DNA from: an uncultured Gemmatimonadales bacterium
GTDB taxonomy: Bacteria; Gemmatimonadota; Gemmatimonadetes; Gemmatimonadales; GWC2-71-9
DNA: 64,000 nucleotides
Direction of reading: 5' to 3'
Assembly: GCA_963840215.1 (NCBI GenBank)
Contig: CAWIYG010000006.1
Span: forward strand, 158,932 to 222,931
Shown here: positions 63,652 to 64,000 of the stretch, one piece after another
Layout: every line of letters begins with the position of its first letter
How positions within the stretch are numbered: the first letter of the stretch is position 1
The notes under the pieces: generated by a model
Told to the model about the DNA's origin: nothing
Database searches by the model: none
Seen by the model: the letters and a program-made list of their open reading frames with translations, nothing else
Made by a program: the position numbers and the translations under genes

Positions 63652-64000
63652 ATGACTCCTTCCACGCTCGCTCGCCGGGCGCTCGTCCTCGCCCTCGCCG
63701 CGGCATCGCCCGTCGCGGCCCAGTCGCCCCGCCTGGGCACGATCTCGTTTCCGAACTCCGGGCCGCGAGCCGCGCAGCGGCCGTTCCTCCGCGGGGTCCT
63801 GCTGCTCCACAGCTTCGAGTACGACGATGCCGGCGCGGCCTTCCGCGAGGCGCAGCGCCTCGCGCCCGGCTTCGCGCTGGCCTACTGGGGGGAGGCGCTG
63901 ACGCTCACGCACCCGGTCTGGAACGAGCAGGACCTCGACTCCGCGCGTGCGGTGCTCGCCCGGCTGGCGCCGACTCCGGCGGCGCGCCGCGCGAAGGCGG
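63652..64000 (+). CDS. secreted TPR-like protein, 5' part only (runs off window)
   Basis: GAGG precedes ATG 63652, giving [94 protein letters not shown]... Open to the window end, so absent from the ORF track. Confidence 0.5.
   Translation, partial: MTPSTLARRALVLALAAASPVAAQSPRLGTISFPNSGPRAAQRPFLRGVLLLHSFEYDDAGAAFREAQRLAPGFALAYWGEALTLTHPVWNEQDLDSARAVLARLAPTPAARRAKA

Overview
Very GC-rich bacterial chromosomal segment. Third codon positions are almost all G/C, so long Arg/Ala/Pro-rich shadow ORFs appear on both strands. Gene content points to a didermic soil bacterium: many lipoproteins, outer-membrane beta-barrels, a sigma-54 activator, an ECF sigma factor and REP-like hairpins. Possibly Gemmatimonadota-like, but this cannot be verified from here. 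I resolve about 57 protein genes and found no rRNA, tRNA, CRISPR array, transposase or integrase. Main blocks, left to right: (1) an AdaA-AlkA repair gene and a YciI / ECF-sigma / DUF305 / LVIVD-propeller cluster. (2) Secreted peptidases (CocE/NonD, DPP-IV). (3) A membrane Ser/Thr kinase, an intradiol dioxygenase and a GAF histidine kinase with NarL-type regulator. (4) A penicillin-acylase-family enzyme, a ParB/Srx-fold protein and a tandem pair of large lipoproteins combining modular Ig-like stalks with a complete copper-radical-oxidase (galactose/glyoxal-oxidase-like) domain. (5) A four-gene translationally coupled lipoprotein operon containing an M1-peptidase-like pseudoenzyme. (6) An orphan GAF/sigma-54 activator and a Cys-rich ArsR/SufR-like regulator. 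(7) A split NHEJ module (ku, LigD polymerase domain, LigD ligase domain). (8) A betaine-type ABC transporter. (9) DUF1015-serA-serC and sufE-rho. The strongest sequence-level anomaly is at least 45 reading-frame breaks packed into 0-16.3 kb and 58.3-63.5 kb. These hit rho, serA and serC, while the central 42 kb is essentially clean. This looks more like local consensus indel error than gene decay, but only read data can decide. I did not find an unambiguous new system. The best candidates for follow-up are the stalked radical-oxidase lipoprotein pair, the N-terminally short rho coupled to sufE, the ku upstream control region and a 650-bp low-GC intergenic region ending in a strong terminator.
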